DNA of 29,723 nt. Source: a virus (taxonomy: Duplodnaviria; Heunggongvirae; Uroviricota; Caudoviricetes). Positions 9,411 through 19,670 of the stretch are shown here, one piece after another; position 1 is the first letter of the stretch, and each line of letters opens with the position of its first letter. The notes below the pieces were generated by a model. It ran no database searches and was not told the DNA's origin. It saw only the letters and a list, made by a program, of their open reading frames with translations. The DNA lies in the IMG/VR virus record IMGVR_UViG_2675903266_000003; one strand, written 5' to 3'. A program made the translations under genes and the position numbers.

Positions 9411-12400
9411 CGGAGTCAGGGAAAATGCCGATGGATTTCCACCGCTGGTAATGGTGGGGGCCGTCAGGCGTTTCAGGAACACGTCGTTCATGAATATCTG
9501 ATCGCCCTGACCAACAAACATCGGTTTTGTGTTGCCATTCGCAGGATTAACCATCGCAATCCTGTCCGCCGCCAGCAGCACCTGACTCTGCATGCCGTCA
9601 GGGGTGTTCTCAATACCGGCACCAATACCCGCGATATAAAGGCGTCCGTCCTGCATCTGCTGCAGCTTCACAGCCCACATGCTGTTCAGGTTATTATTTG
9701 TATCAACCTGAACCTTCTGTATCTGCTGAATTGCCGCACTCTGGTCTTCCAGTTTCTTATTGACGGTCTGCGTGATTTCATTGCTGACATCCGTAATGGA
9801 CGTCCTGATTTCAGCCAGGTCAGGCGCAAGCTGACCGTTATCAATCTGCGTCCACAGCTCCTGAGCCAGATGGGTTTTCCCTATCTCGCCTTTGAAAAAA
9901 TCCAGATAACCGGATGCATCATCACTCGGCTGACCAACAGCCTCCACGAATGCCGATTTGCCAACGGTGTTCACACTGCGGATATAAAAGTAATAATCAT
10001 GGCCCGGTTTGATATTGATACTGGCGGCTATCCAGTACAGCGCCGTGCCAAGATAGCGTGCTGTGGTTTCAACCTGCCTGATATCCGCAATCCGCTTTTC
10101 CGAAAACCAGAACTCAAACTGCACCGTCGGGTCATATACAGCCAGTTTCGGGACCGCCGTTATCTGAAAATACCCCGGTATCAGTTCAATAGTGACAGGC
10201 GCTGCCGGTGCCGCAATCCGGAACGATACCGACGCCGGATCGCCCTGCTGCCCCCACGCATTTACTGCCCGGACTGTCAGCCTGTAGTTCCCCAGCGCCA
10301 GTTGTGTGAAGCGGTAAGTGGTTTCCGTCGTCCGGGCCGTGCTGACCAGCCGCTCACTGCCGTCATCCGCTGTTACGGTCAGACGGAGCAGGAAGCTCAC
10401 GCCCTTCACCACCTTCGGCGTGTCCCAGCGCGCCAGCACCTGATATTCCCCGCTGTCTGCGGTGACTTCGGCAGTCAGGTGCTGCACCGCTGGCGGCGTG
10501 ACACCATTCACCGTGCCGCTCTGGTCGCCGTCAAAGTGCGCCCCGTTATCCACGATGGCTTCTTTTTCCGGCACATGCTGCACGGCGGTGATGGCATACG
10601 TGCCGTCGTCGTTCTCACGGATACTCACGCAGCGGAACAATCGCTGGTGCAGCGTCGGCAGCTTCAGCCCCCACACGCTGTATTCAGCAACACCGTCAGG
10701 AACACGGCTCACTTTTACCTTCACGCCGTCGGTGACGGACTGGACCTCCACGCTGACCGGATTCCCCTGCCCGTCAACCAGGCTTATCAGCGTGGTGCCG
10801 GAGGATGGCAGCGTGATTTCACGGTCGAGCGTCAGCGTCCGGGTCTGGCTGTTCACCGCCAGCACGCGCCCGCCGGTGCGGATACCGGCATAGTCATCAT
10901 CGCAGATTTCAATGACATCGCCCGGTACATGACGAAGCCCTTCAGCACCCACGCTGAAATCCACGGTCTGCGTCTCCAGCAGTTCCGTTTTAATCAGCCA
11001 CAGCCCGGCGCGGTGTGCCTGCCCCCGGGCATTTACCGCCCGGACTGTCAGACTGTAATTCCCCAGCGCCAGCTGCCTGAAGCGGTATGTGGTTTCCGTC
11101 GTCCTGGCTGTGCTGACCAGCCGCTCACTGCCGTCGTCCGCTGCCACGGTCAGGCGAAGCAGGAAGCTCACACCCTTCACCACCTTCGGCGTGTCCCATC
11201 GCGCCAGCACCTGATATTCCCCGCTGTCTGCGGTGACTTCGGCGGTCAGATGCTGCACCGCTGGCGGCGTGACACCATTCACCGTGCCGCGCCGGTCACC
11301 GTCAAAGTGCGCCCCGTTATCCACGATGGCTTCTTTTTCCGGCACATGCTGCACGGCGGTGATGGCATACGTGCCGTCGTCGTTCTCACGGATACTCACG
11401 CAGCGGAACAGACGCTGGCGCAGCGTCGGCAGCTTCAGCCCCCACACGCTGTATTCAGCAACACCGTCAGGAACACGGCTCACTTTTACCTTCACGCCGT
11501 CGGTGACGGACTGGACCTCCACGCTGACCGGATTACCGTCAACCAGGCTTATCAGCGTGGTGCCGGAGGATGGCAGCGTGATTTCACGGTCGAGCGTCAG
11601 CGTCCGGGTCTGGCTGTTCACCGCCAGCACGCGCCCGCCGGTGCGGATACCGGCATAGTCATCATCGCAGATTTCAATGACATCGCCCGGTACATGACGA
11701 AGCCCTTCAGCACCCACGCTGAAATCCACGGTCTGCGTCTCCAGCAGTTCCGTTTTAATCAGCCACAGCCCGGCGCGGTGTGCCTGCCCCCGGCTGGTAC
11801 AGCCAAAGGCATCCATCTTCGTGACGTTACGACCGTAACGGACAATGGCCTGCGTATCCTCCACAAGCTCTGTCGCCGTCTCCCAGCCGTTATCCGGGTC
11901 AATCCAGTTCACCTCAACGGCATTATGGCGGTCTTTCAGGGCGCTGAAACTGTAGCGGAACGGCGCGCCATCATCCGGCATCACCACATTACTGCGGTTA
12001 TAGGCCCACACCTTATCCGACTGTCGGTCCTGCACGAACGTCAGCGTCTGCCCGTTCCATACCGGCATACAGCGCATCGCCGAGCAGAAATCACTGAGCA
12101 CATCCCACGCCTTGCGCTGTGTGGTCAGCCAGGCATTACAGGTGATGCGCGGCTCCGTGCTGCCAAAGCCGTCCGGCACCGACTGGTCACAGTACTGGCC
12201 GATGACATACAGCGCCCATTTATCCACATCTGCCGCACCAAGACGTTTCCCCATGCCATAGCGCGGATGGGTCAGCATATCCCACAGACACCAGGCCATG
12301 TTGTTGCTGTATGCCGGTTTTAACGTTCCGTCCCAGATACCGCTGTATTGCCGCGTCTGCGGATTATAGTTCGACGGCACCTGCAGAATGCGCCCGCGAA

Positions 12401-13112
12401 GATGATAATTACGGCTCACCTGCTGGCTGCCGAACTGCTCCGAATCCACCTGTACGCCGACCAGTGCCGTGTTCGGGTAGCACTGTTTCACATCGATGAT
12501 TTCGGTGTACGACGACCAGAGCGTTTTGTTCTGCAGCTGGTCTGTGGTGCTGTCCGGCGTCATTCTGCGCATCCGGATATTAAACGGGCGCGGCGGCAGG
12601 TTATCCACCACCACCGAGGCCAGATACTGCGAGGTGGTTTTGCCCTTAATGGTGATGTCTTTTTCCGTCACCCAGCCACCGTTACGCTGTATCTGAACCA
12701 GCAGGCGAACTTCAGACGGATTCCTGTCTCCCTTTGAGGTGGTTTCCACCAGTGCCTGTACACCGAAGGTAAAACGCAGTCGGTCAATGTTTGCCGACGT
12801 GATGGTCCGGGTGATCGGCGTGTCATATTTCACTTCCGTACCCAGCACCGTCTCGGAGCCGGAGGATTCAAATCCCTCCGGCGGTGACTGCTCCTGCTCA
12901 CCTGCCCGGAACACCACCGTGACGCCGGAGATGTTGGTATTCCCCTCACTGTCCAGCACCGGCGTACTGTTCAGCAGCACGCTTTTTAATCCATCCACCG
13001 GACCTTCAACCGGCCCTTCGCTGATGGCATCGATCACACTCAGCAGCTGCGTGGACTTCAGGTTGTCCTTCGCTTCGCGCGGGGTATGCCCCTTACTGCT
13101 GCCTTTACCCAT
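9390..13112 (-). CDS. J: tail tip host-specificity protein J, rearranged: in-frame internal tandem duplication and a C-terminus ending 20 nt past a novel junction
   Basis: 1240-aa ORF. The N-terminus [34 protein letters not shown] matches lambda J. The segment [10 protein letters not shown]...TVRAVNA(R/W)GQ occurs twice in tandem. After ...[11 protein letters not shown] the frame reads YTACGG then stop. Confidence 0.85.
9411..10042. repeat. 632-bp direct repeat, copy 2 (identical to 5675..6306)
   Basis: Same line-by-line comparison as copy 1. This copy is contiguous with the rest of J. Confidence 0.85.
10252..11783. repeat. two tandem ~765-bp copies inside J (approximate boundaries; copy junction near 11013)
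   Basis: The protein segment of ~255 aa is repeated in frame. The copies differ at several residues (DGNPVSV vs [12 protein letters not shown] vs QSG, ARGQ vs AWGQ). The junction lies within a short shared motif of the form CNGGGGGCAG. Confidence 0.8.
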
Positions 13113-13172
13113 TCGTCATGCTCCATAAACGATAAAACCGCCCGGAGGCGATTTCACATAAAACATTTTGCA

Positions 13173-13844
13173 TCAGCGACCAATCACCACAACCTGACCA
13201 CCGTCCCCTTCGTCTGCCGTGCTGATCTCCTGAGATACCACACGTGACCCCACGCGCATTTCACCATACAGAACAGGCATAACATTGCCCTGGGCAACCA
13301 TGTTATCCAGTGAGGAGAAATAGGTGTTCTGCTTACCGTTATCCGTTGTCTGTGTGCGGGGAGTTCTGGCTTTCGGTGCCAGCATCTGAGCCACACCGCC
13401 GAGCACCATACTGGCACCGAGAGAAAACAGAATGCCGGTCATACCACCGGCACCAATGGCAGCCCCCCATGCTGCAAGGGTGGCTCCGGCGGTAAAGAAT
13501 GATCCGGCAATGGCGGCTGCTCCCAGGACAATCTGGAATACACCACCTGACTTGGCCCCGGCGACTCTGGGAACAATATGAATCACAGCGCCGTCAGGCA
13601 GAGCCTCATGTAACTGTGCCGTTAATCCGGACGTGCTAACATCCTGCCCGGCAATACGCACCTGATACCAGCCGTCGCTCAGCTTCTGACGAAACGCAGG
13701 GAGCTGTGTGGCCATCGCCCGGATGGCTTCGGCACCCGTTTTCACACGAAGGTCGATGCGGCGGCCAAATCGTTGCAAATCCCCGTAAAGGCAGATGCGT
13801 GCCATGCCCGGTGACGCCAGAGGGAGTGTGTGCGTCGCTGCCAT
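13173..13844 (-). CDS. I: tail assembly protein I
   Basis: 223-aa ORF, the same length as lambda I as I recall it, in the conserved position between K and J with the expected ~100-bp overlap with K. Confidence 0.85.
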   Translation of the reverse strand: MAATHTLPLASPGMARICLYGDLQRFGRRIDLRVKTGAEAIRAMATQLPAFRQKLSDGWYQVRIAGQDVSTSGLTAQLHEALPDGAVIHIVPRVAGAKSGGVFQIVLGAAAIAGSFFTAGATLAAWGAAIGAGGMTGILFSLGASMVLGGVAQMLAPKARTPRTQTTDNGKQNTYFSSLDNMVAQGNVMPVLYGEMRVGSRVVSQEISTADEGDGGQVVVIGR

Positions 13845-14485
13845 TTGTCGGTGTACCTCTCTCGTTTGCTCAGTTGTTCAGGAATATGGTGCAGCAGCCC
13901 GCCGTCACCGCAGTAAATGGCGGCATGATTCGGCACCGATGAACCAAAACAGCACAGCAGCACATCGCCCGGCTGCGCCGCTGACAACGGCACCTGATAC
14001 AGCCCTGTGGCCTCCAGATTATCCAGATAGAGATTCTGACCGTGACGCCACCAGTCATCCTCACGATGAAAATCCGGCATCTCAATCCCCGCCAGATGGT
14101 AAGCATCCCGGAACAGCGTGTAACAGTCCGTCACCCCGTGCTCAAAGCGCCGCCCGGTAAGATGTGGCACACAGCGGAACTTGTGAATCGCCCCCCGGCA
14201 GACCAGCCACCACGGCAAATCACTCTGCACCTGCAGCCGCCGGTCGGCCTCACTCAGCCAGGGCAGACCACCGGGGTGGCTGTGGACCAGTGCCACAATC
14301 TCACCCTGCATCTCTGCCTGCAGCCAGTCTTCCGGCGACATACGGAAATACGCCTCCGGCTCACCGGAGATATTCACGCAGGGGAAATATCTTTCCCCCT
14401 CCGGCGTTCTTACCACGAAGCCGCACGACTCCGCTGGAGCACATCGCCGGGCGTGCGCCAGAATCGCTGATTCTGTCTCTGTCAT
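13742..14485 (-). CDS. K: tail assembly protein K (MPN/JAMM-like plus NlpC/P60-like)
   Basis: 247-aa ORF. It contains HSHPGGLPWLSEAD, an HxH..S..D JAMM-type motif. Position between L and I. Confidence 0.85.
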   Translation of the reverse strand: MTETESAILAHARRCAPAESCGFVVRTPEGERYFPCVNISGEPEAYFRMSPEDWLQAEMQGEIVALVHSHPGGLPWLSEADRRLQVQSDLPWWLVCRGAIHKFRCVPHLTGRRFEHGVTDCYTLFRDAYHLAGIEMPDFHREDDWWRHGQNLYLDNLEATGLYQVPLSAAQPGDVLLCCFGSSVPNHAAIYCGDGGLLHHIPEQLSKRERYTDKWQRRTHSLWRHRAWHASAFTGICNDLAAASTFV

Positions 14486-14490
14486 GGGAT

Positions 14491-15189
14491 TTACTGCGAA
14501 AGTTTGTTAATGGAAAGGAAGCCGCCAAAGTTGCCGACGTTATTGCGAAACTTACAGCCACTCAGGCATTTGCTGCATTTATCCTTCGTGATGTCGGACG
14601 TTGGCTGGTCATATTCATCCGCGACCGCCGGACCGTGATAACCGCACTCATCGCCGCGATAGGTCCAGGTGCAGGTGTTGGCCAGCATGATACGTCCCGG
14701 AAAAACAGCGCCATCTGTTTCCGTCGGCGTGGACAGTACAAAAGAGGCACTCACCGCGCTCAGTTCGCTGCACTGCTCAATGCGCCAGCGGCTGATCACC
14801 TCCTGCTCCGGATCGGCGTCACTGTTTCCGTTGACGAAGTTCACCGCATCCAGAAAACGGGCGTAAACCTTACGCCGGACCACCGTTCCGCCGACCAGAC
14901 TCTGTAGATCTTCCGCCATCCCGGTGACCATACCGTACAGGTTAGAAACCATCAGCGTGGGGCGCGTACTGGTGCCTTTGCCATTCAGTTCAAAACCACT
15001 CCCCTGAATGGGATACGGCTGATACTGTCGCCCCTGCCAGGTGACCGGCTCACCTTTTTCGTTCTGCTCATTACAGAAAAAATAACGTTCTCCACCGACC
15101 TCTGTCAGATCGATTTCCCAGAGCACCACGCTGGCCGACTGCTCCGCACGGGTGCATTCATTCAGTGTTTCCTGCCGGATATCCTGCAT
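14491..15189 (-). CDS. L: minor tail protein L
   Basis: 232-aa ORF, the same length as lambda L as I recall it; start overlaps the M stop. Confidence 0.9.
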   Translation of the reverse strand: MQDIRQETLNECTRAEQSASVVLWEIDLTEVGGERYFFCNEQNEKGEPVTWQGRQYQPYPIQGSGFELNGKGTSTRPTLMVSNLYGMVTGMAEDLQSLVGGTVVRRKVYARFLDAVNFVNGNSDADPEQEVISRWRIEQCSELSAVSASFVLSTPTETDGAVFPGRIMLANTCTWTYRGDECGYHGPAVADEYDQPTSDITKDKCSKCLSGCKFRNNVGNFGGFLSINKLSQ

Positions 15190-15518
15190 CAGTTCACCAC
15201 CTGTTCAAACTCTGCGCTGAACTCAACACGCAGCATACTGACCCGCGACGACCATTTTGCGCAGGTCACCTTTATCTGCCGCCACTCATAAGGCGGCGTC
15301 CACAGAAAGGCTTTCCAGCCCCCGTGCTCTTCCAGAAACGACTCCAGTACCATGGCCTCCTCACGGGGGACAGAAAGCGTCACGCTGTACGTTTTCAGGT
15401 TGGCATTCAGCCCGGCAGGCGCTCGCTGGGAATAGCCATCACCAAAGCGCACCTTTCTTACAGAAGGGGCCGAAGCCACATCCATACCGGGTTTCACTTT
15501 CCAGCGGAAGGTTTTCAT
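15189..15518 (-). CDS. M: minor tail protein M
   Basis: 109-aa ORF, the same length as lambda M as I recall it; overlaps H by 4 nt. Confidence 0.9.
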   Translation of the reverse strand: MKTFRWKVKPGMDVASAPSVRKVRFGDGYSQRAPAGLNANLKTYSVTLSVPREEAMVLESFLEEHGGWKAFLWTPPYEWRQIKVTCAKWSSRVSMLRVEFSAEFEQVVN

Positions 15519-18076
15519 CGTCCACCTCCGGAGAACAGGCCACCATCACGCATCTGTGTCTGAATTTCATCACGGGCACCCTTGCGGGCCATGTCATACA
15601 CGGCCTTCATCATCTGTGGACCTGGCAGACCATTCGTACCGTCGTTCTGAATCACCACGTGATTGTTCTGATTAAAATTAATGCCTTCAGCCCGCCGCAT
15701 CTGCGCCGGACTTCCGGCACCGCCCACATAACCACCTTCCGCATAGCCGCGCATCAGCCGGTAGAGATTCCCCACGCCAATCCGGCTGGTTGCCTCCTTC
15801 GTGAAGACAAATTCACCACGGTGAACAATCCCCGCTGGCTCATATTTGCCGCCGGTTCCCGTAAATCCCCCGGTTGCAAAATGGAATTTCACCGCAGCGG
15901 CCTGAATGGCTGTACCACCTGACGCGGATGCGCCGCCACCAACAGCCCCGCCAATGGCGCTGCCGATACTCCCGACAATCCCCACCATTGCCTGCTTAAG
16001 CAGAATTTCTGTCATCATGGACAGCACGGAGCGGGTGAAGCTGCGCCAGTTCTGTTCACTGCCGGTCAGCATCGCCGCCATATTCTGTGCAATACCATCA
16101 AAGGTCTGCGTGGCTGCACTTTTAACCTGTGACATACTGTCCGTGGCGCTCTCTTCCCACTCACTCCAGCCGGACTTCAGGCCTGCCATCCAGCTCCCGC
16201 GAAGCTGGTCTTCAGCCGCCCAGGTCTTTTTCTGCTCTGACATGACGTTATTCAGCGCCAGAGGATTATCGCCATACTGTTCCTTCAGGCGCTGTTCCGT
16301 GGCTTCCCGCGCTGCCTGCCGGTCAGTCAGCCCCCGGTTTTTCGCATCAATGGCTGCCCGTTTTGCCCGTTGCTGCTGTGCGAATTTATCCGCCTGCTGC
16401 GCCAGCGCATTCAGGTGCTCCTGATACGTAACCTTGTCACCAAGTGCAGCCAGCTGGCGTTTGTACTCCAGCGTCTCGTCTTTATGCGCCAGCAGGGATT
16501 TCTCCTGTGCGGACAGCTGGCGACGTTGTGCCGCCTCCTCCAGTACCGCGAACTGACTTTCTGCCTTCCACAAATCCCGGCGCTGCTGGCTGATTTTCTC
16601 ATTCGCTCCGGCATGCTTCTCCAGCGTCCGGAGTTCTGCCTGAAGCGTCAGCAGGGCCGCATGAGCACTGTCTTCCTGACGATCGCCCGCATACACCTTC
16701 ACGCCGGACTGTTTCGGCTTTTTCAGCGTCGCTTCATAATCCTTTTTCGCCGCCGCCATCAGCGTGTTGTAATCTGCCTGCAGGATTTTTCCGTCTTTCA
16801 GTGCCTTGTTCAGTTCTTCCTGACGGGCGGTATATTTCTCCAGCGGCGTCTGCAGCCGTTCGTAAGCCTTCTGCGCCTCTTCGGTATATTTCAGCCGTGA
16901 CGCTTCGGTATCGCTCTGCTGCTGCGCATTTTTGTCCTGTTGACGCTGTTGATCTACCCTCTTTTGGGCTGCATCCCGCTCCAGGCGTTTTTTTTCACGA
17001 TCATCCCAGTAACGCGCCCGTGCTTCATCGTTAACGAAATAATCATCCTTGCGCAGATTCCAGATGTCGTCTGCTTTCTTAAACGCAGCCTCTGCCTTAA
17101 TCAGCATCTCCTGCGCGGTATCAGGACGACCAATATCCAGCACCGCATCCCACATGGATTTGAATGCACGTGCAGTCCTGTCTGCCCAGGTCTCCAGCGT
17201 GCCCATGTTCTCTTTCAGGCGGCGGGTCTGGTCATCAAACCCTTTCGTTGCGGCCTCGTTCGCCGCCTGCAATGCCCCGGCTTCATCGCCGGAACGCTGC
17301 AACTGAGCAACATACGCAATCTGCTCCGCCGTCACGTTATGGAACTGGCGTGCCATCGCCGTCAGCCCCGACGTCGGGTCTGTGGTCAGCTTCCCGAAGG
17401 CTTCAGCGACCTTGTCCACCTCCACGCCGGATGCATAGGAGAAACGCGCCACACTCTGGCTGATGGACGCAATCTGAGCCTCACCGCTTACCCCCGCCTT
17501 AACCAGTGCGCTGAGTGACTCGCTGGTCTGGTTAAACGTCAGCCCTGCCGCCTGCCCGGCTCTGGACAGGACCAGCATACGATCTGCCGTCAGTCCCGCC
17601 TGATTACCGGAAAGGACCAGCGTTTTGTTGAAATCGGACAGGGTTGAGTTGCCCTGATACCAGGCATACGCCAGCGCACCGGTCGCCACCGCCAGCGAGG
17701 TGGCCCCCACCATCGGCAGGGTGATCGCGCCGGCAAGCCCCCTGAACATGGGGATCATCCCGCCGAAGGAGTCCTTAACCTGACCACCCTGTTGCAGCAG
17801 GATCAGCCAGGGATTCTGCCCCCCTGCAAGCTGCGTGGCCACGTCGGTGAACTGTGCAGGCAGCATACGCATGGCGGCTTTATACTGCCCGACGGAAATC
17901 CCCGCTTTCTGTGCAGCCAGCGCCTGTCGGCTCAGCGACTGTTCAACGACTGCCGCTGTTTTTTTCGCATCACTTTCCGTACCGGAAAAATGACGCCTGA
18001 CTCTGGCCATCTGCTCGTCAAATCTGGCCGCATCCAGACTCAAATCAACGACCAGATCGCCTACCGGTTCAGCCAT
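15515..18076 (-). CDS. H: tail tape measure protein H
   Basis: 853-aa ORF, the same length as lambda H as I recall it; coiled-coil-rich Q/A/K/E composition; position after G/T. Confidence 0.9.
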   Translation of the reverse strand: MAEPVGDLVVDLSLDAARFDEQMARVRRHFSGTESDAKKTAAVVEQSLSRQALAAQKAGISVGQYKAAMRMLPAQFTDVATQLAGGQNPWLILLQQGGQVKDSFGGMIPMFRGLAGAITLPMVGATSLAVATGALAYAWYQGNSTLSDFNKTLVLSGNQAGLTADRMLVLSRAGQAAGLTFNQTSESLSALVKAGVSGEAQIASISQSVARFSYASGVEVDKVAEAFGKLTTDPTSGLTAMARQFHNVTAEQIAYVAQLQRSGDEAGALQAANEAATKGFDDQTRRLKENMGTLETWADRTARAFKSMWDAVLDIGRPDTAQEMLIKAEAAFKKADDIWNLRKDDYFVNDEARARYWDDREKKRLERDAAQKRVDQQRQQDKNAQQQSDTEASRLKYTEEAQKAYERLQTPLEKYTARQEELNKALKDGKILQADYNTLMAAAKKDYEATLKKPKQSGVKVYAGDRQEDSAHAALLTLQAELRTLEKHAGANEKISQQRRDLWKAESQFAVLEEAAQRRQLSAQEKSLLAHKDETLEYKRQLAALGDKVTYQEHLNALAQQADKFAQQQRAKRAAIDAKNRGLTDRQAAREATEQRLKEQYGDNPLALNNVMSEQKKTWAAEDQLRGSWMAGLKSGWSEWEESATDSMSQVKSAATQTFDGIAQNMAAMLTGSEQNWRSFTRSVLSMMTEILLKQAMVGIVGSIGSAIGGAVGGGASASGGTAIQAAAVKFHFATGGFTGTGGKYEPAGIVHRGEFVFTKEATSRIGVGNLYRLMRGYAEGGYVGGAGSPAQMRRAEGINFNQNNHVVIQNDGTNGLPGPQMMKAVYDMARKGARDEIQTQMRDGGLFSGGGR

Positions 18077-18503
18077 ACCGGACTCCTCCTGCGATCCCTT
18101 CTGATACTGTCATCAGCATTACGTCATCCTCCGTCATGTCCGCCACATCCGGGGAAGCGGGGATAACTTCATTCCCGTCCGGGCCAAAGCGGACACCTCC
18201 GGCAAGCCCTGCCGCTTTCTGCATCAGCACATCATCTTCAGGCTCTTCGTCAGCCTCGCGCCGGTTCAGCAGACTGAAATCCAGCGGATGCATCTCCGGA
18301 TCGCTGAAAAACAGGCTGAGCACGGTGTACGTCAGCCCGGAAAAGTGCATATCCAGCAGAACATCATGAAAATAATGGGTACTGTAAAAGCGGTGCCAGT
18401 CGGCATACTCCGTGGATGACATCCCGGCAAGCATGGCGCGCCAGTCGGGTCGCCCCATCTCACGCGCCAGTTTCAGGGCAAAACTCAGCTCACCGTCGAA
18501 CAC
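18069..18503 (-). CDS. T: T reading frame, expressed as a G-T fusion by programmed -1 frameshift
   Basis: The ORF overlaps the 3' end of G in the -1 frame; the slippery heptamer lies in the overlap. Its independent start is not meaningful. Confidence 0.8.
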   Translation of the reverse strand: MFDGELSFALKLAREMGRPDWRAMLAGMSSTEYADWHRFYSTHYFHDVLLDMHFSGLTYTVLSLFFSDPEMHPLDFSLLNRREADEEPEDDVLMQKAAGLAGGVRFGPDGNEVIPASPDVADMTEDDVMLMTVSEGIAGGVRYG

Positions 18504-18907
18504 TTTCCCGCAGAAACAGGCTCTGCAGGCCCGGCGTCCTCTGCCTGTTCAGGAGCATCATTCACCACAAACTCATACATACCGGACAGCCGGTACACCA
18601 CGTTTTCAGCATGAGAAATTGCCTCTGTGGGCCAGGTGGTAAGCACTTCCTGCTCAATCTGTTTAACGGCTTCATTCATGGACGGCATCTGCGTCTTCTT
18701 CGGATGGTTATGCCACAGGGACATCGCAACCACAAAAGCGCCGGTTCTGATGGCGTCTTCCACAGTAAACTTCCGGTTGCTGTCTGACTCCGCCTGTTCT
18801 GCCTGCCGTTTCATCAGGTCGAGATGCTCAATACGCTGCAGGGCTGACAGTTCAGAAAGCGTGACGGTCACACCGTTATGTTCAAATGATTCGGTTTTCA
18901 GGAACAT
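18485..18907 (-). CDS. G: tail assembly chaperone G
   Basis: 140-aa ORF MFLKTESFEHNGVTVTLSELSALQRIEHLDL..., matching lambda G from memory. Confidence 0.9.
   Translation of the reverse strand: MFLKTESFEHNGVTVTLSELSALQRIEHLDLMKRQAEQAESDSNRKFTVEDAIRTGAFVVAMSLWHNHPKKTQMPSMNEAVKQIEQEVLTTWPTEAISHAENVVYRLSGMYEFVVNDAPEQAEDAGPAEPVSAGKCSTVS
18502..18508 (-). promoter_or_regulatory. G-T -1 ribosomal frameshift slippery heptamer GGGAAAG
   Basis: Minus-strand GGGAAAG (plus strand CTTTCCC) just before the G stop, in the G/T overlap. Confidence 0.75.
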
Positions 18908-18922
18908 CGCTGACTCTCCGGA

Positions 18923-19663
18923 TTAACTGGCGGTGACGTTGATTTCTGCAACCGCAGCAAACTCACCATTACCAGATACGACCGGAATGTTGACCTTGCC
19001 TGCAGCAACACCTTTCACGGTGATGGTCATACCACTGACCGACACGGTGGCTTTTGTTTTATCCGCAGACACCGCACGGAAGCTCTTGTCGGTTGCGCCA
19101 TCCGGCTGGAATGCCACGGTCAGCGTGGTGCTCTGCCCTTTCACTACGGAAGCACTGGCGGGTGTCACCGTCATGCCGGTCGTCGCCGTCACCGTGCTGC
19201 GATCTTCTGCCATCGACGGACGTCCCACATTGGTGACCTTCACCGTGCGGGTAATCACCTCCTTCGCCGTCACCGCCTTACCGATACTGCTGACCCAGCC
19301 ACGGAACACATCGACCGTGCCGTTCGGGAAGCGGATTTTATAGGCACGGGTATCACCTTCATTAAACCACGCCAGCAGCGCCTGCTGCCCCTGCTCTCCG
19401 GGCATCCACGCCAGCGTGAAGCTGGTATCTCCGGCAGATTTCTGCCCCTGCCCGGTCGCAGTCCAGTCTGCATCTTCATCATCGAGATAGCTGTCGTCAT
19501 AGGACTCAGCGGTCAGTTCGCCGGGCGTCAGGTCTTTAACTTTTGCCAGACGCGACCAGTCAACGTCTGAAAGCGGGTTCGCATAAGGGTCACCGCTCCC
19601 CTTATAAACCCACAGGGTGGTCCCGGCACCTTTCACCGGCATTGTAGGATTTGGTACAGGCAT
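18923..19663 (-). CDS. V: major tail tube protein V
   Basis: Begins [24 protein letters not shown] as lambda V does; I chose this internal ATG over the tracked ORF start because it gives 246 aa and has a GAGGA Shine-Dalgarno upstream. Confidence 0.9.
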   Translation of the reverse strand: MPVPNPTMPVKGAGTTLWVYKGSGDPYANPLSDVDWSRLAKVKDLTPGELTAESYDDSYLDDEDADWTATGQGQKSAGDTSFTLAWMPGEQGQQALLAWFNEGDTRAYKIRFPNGTVDVFRGWVSSIGKAVTAKEVITRTVKVTNVGRPSMAEDRSTVTATTGMTVTPASASVVKGQSTTLTVAFQPDGATDKSFRAVSADKTKATVSVSGMTITVKGVAAGKVNIPVVSGNGEFAAVAEINVTAS

Positions 19664-19670
19664 AGCGTCC

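Noticed and set aside
8386..9501. 371-aa plus-strand ORF
   Set aside because: Antisense to the J-B fragment and spanning the 9410 junction; no independent support.
5675..11783. Possible CRISPR array or invertible tail-fibre switching segment (Gin/Pin/Cin-type)
   Set aside because: The repeats are hundreds of bp long, protein-coding and in direct orientation, with no short repeat-spacer periodicity; no invertase/recombinase gene or inverted crossover sites are present.
9870..12323. 817-aa plus-strand ORF, with shorter ones at 10462..10893 and 11233..11658
   Set aside because: It is antisense to J across the duplicated region, where repetition and GC bias extend open frames; the minus-strand frame carries the unmistakable J protein.
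14164..14907. 247-aa plus-strand ORF
   Set aside because: Antisense to K and L, which have clear lambda homology in the minus frame.
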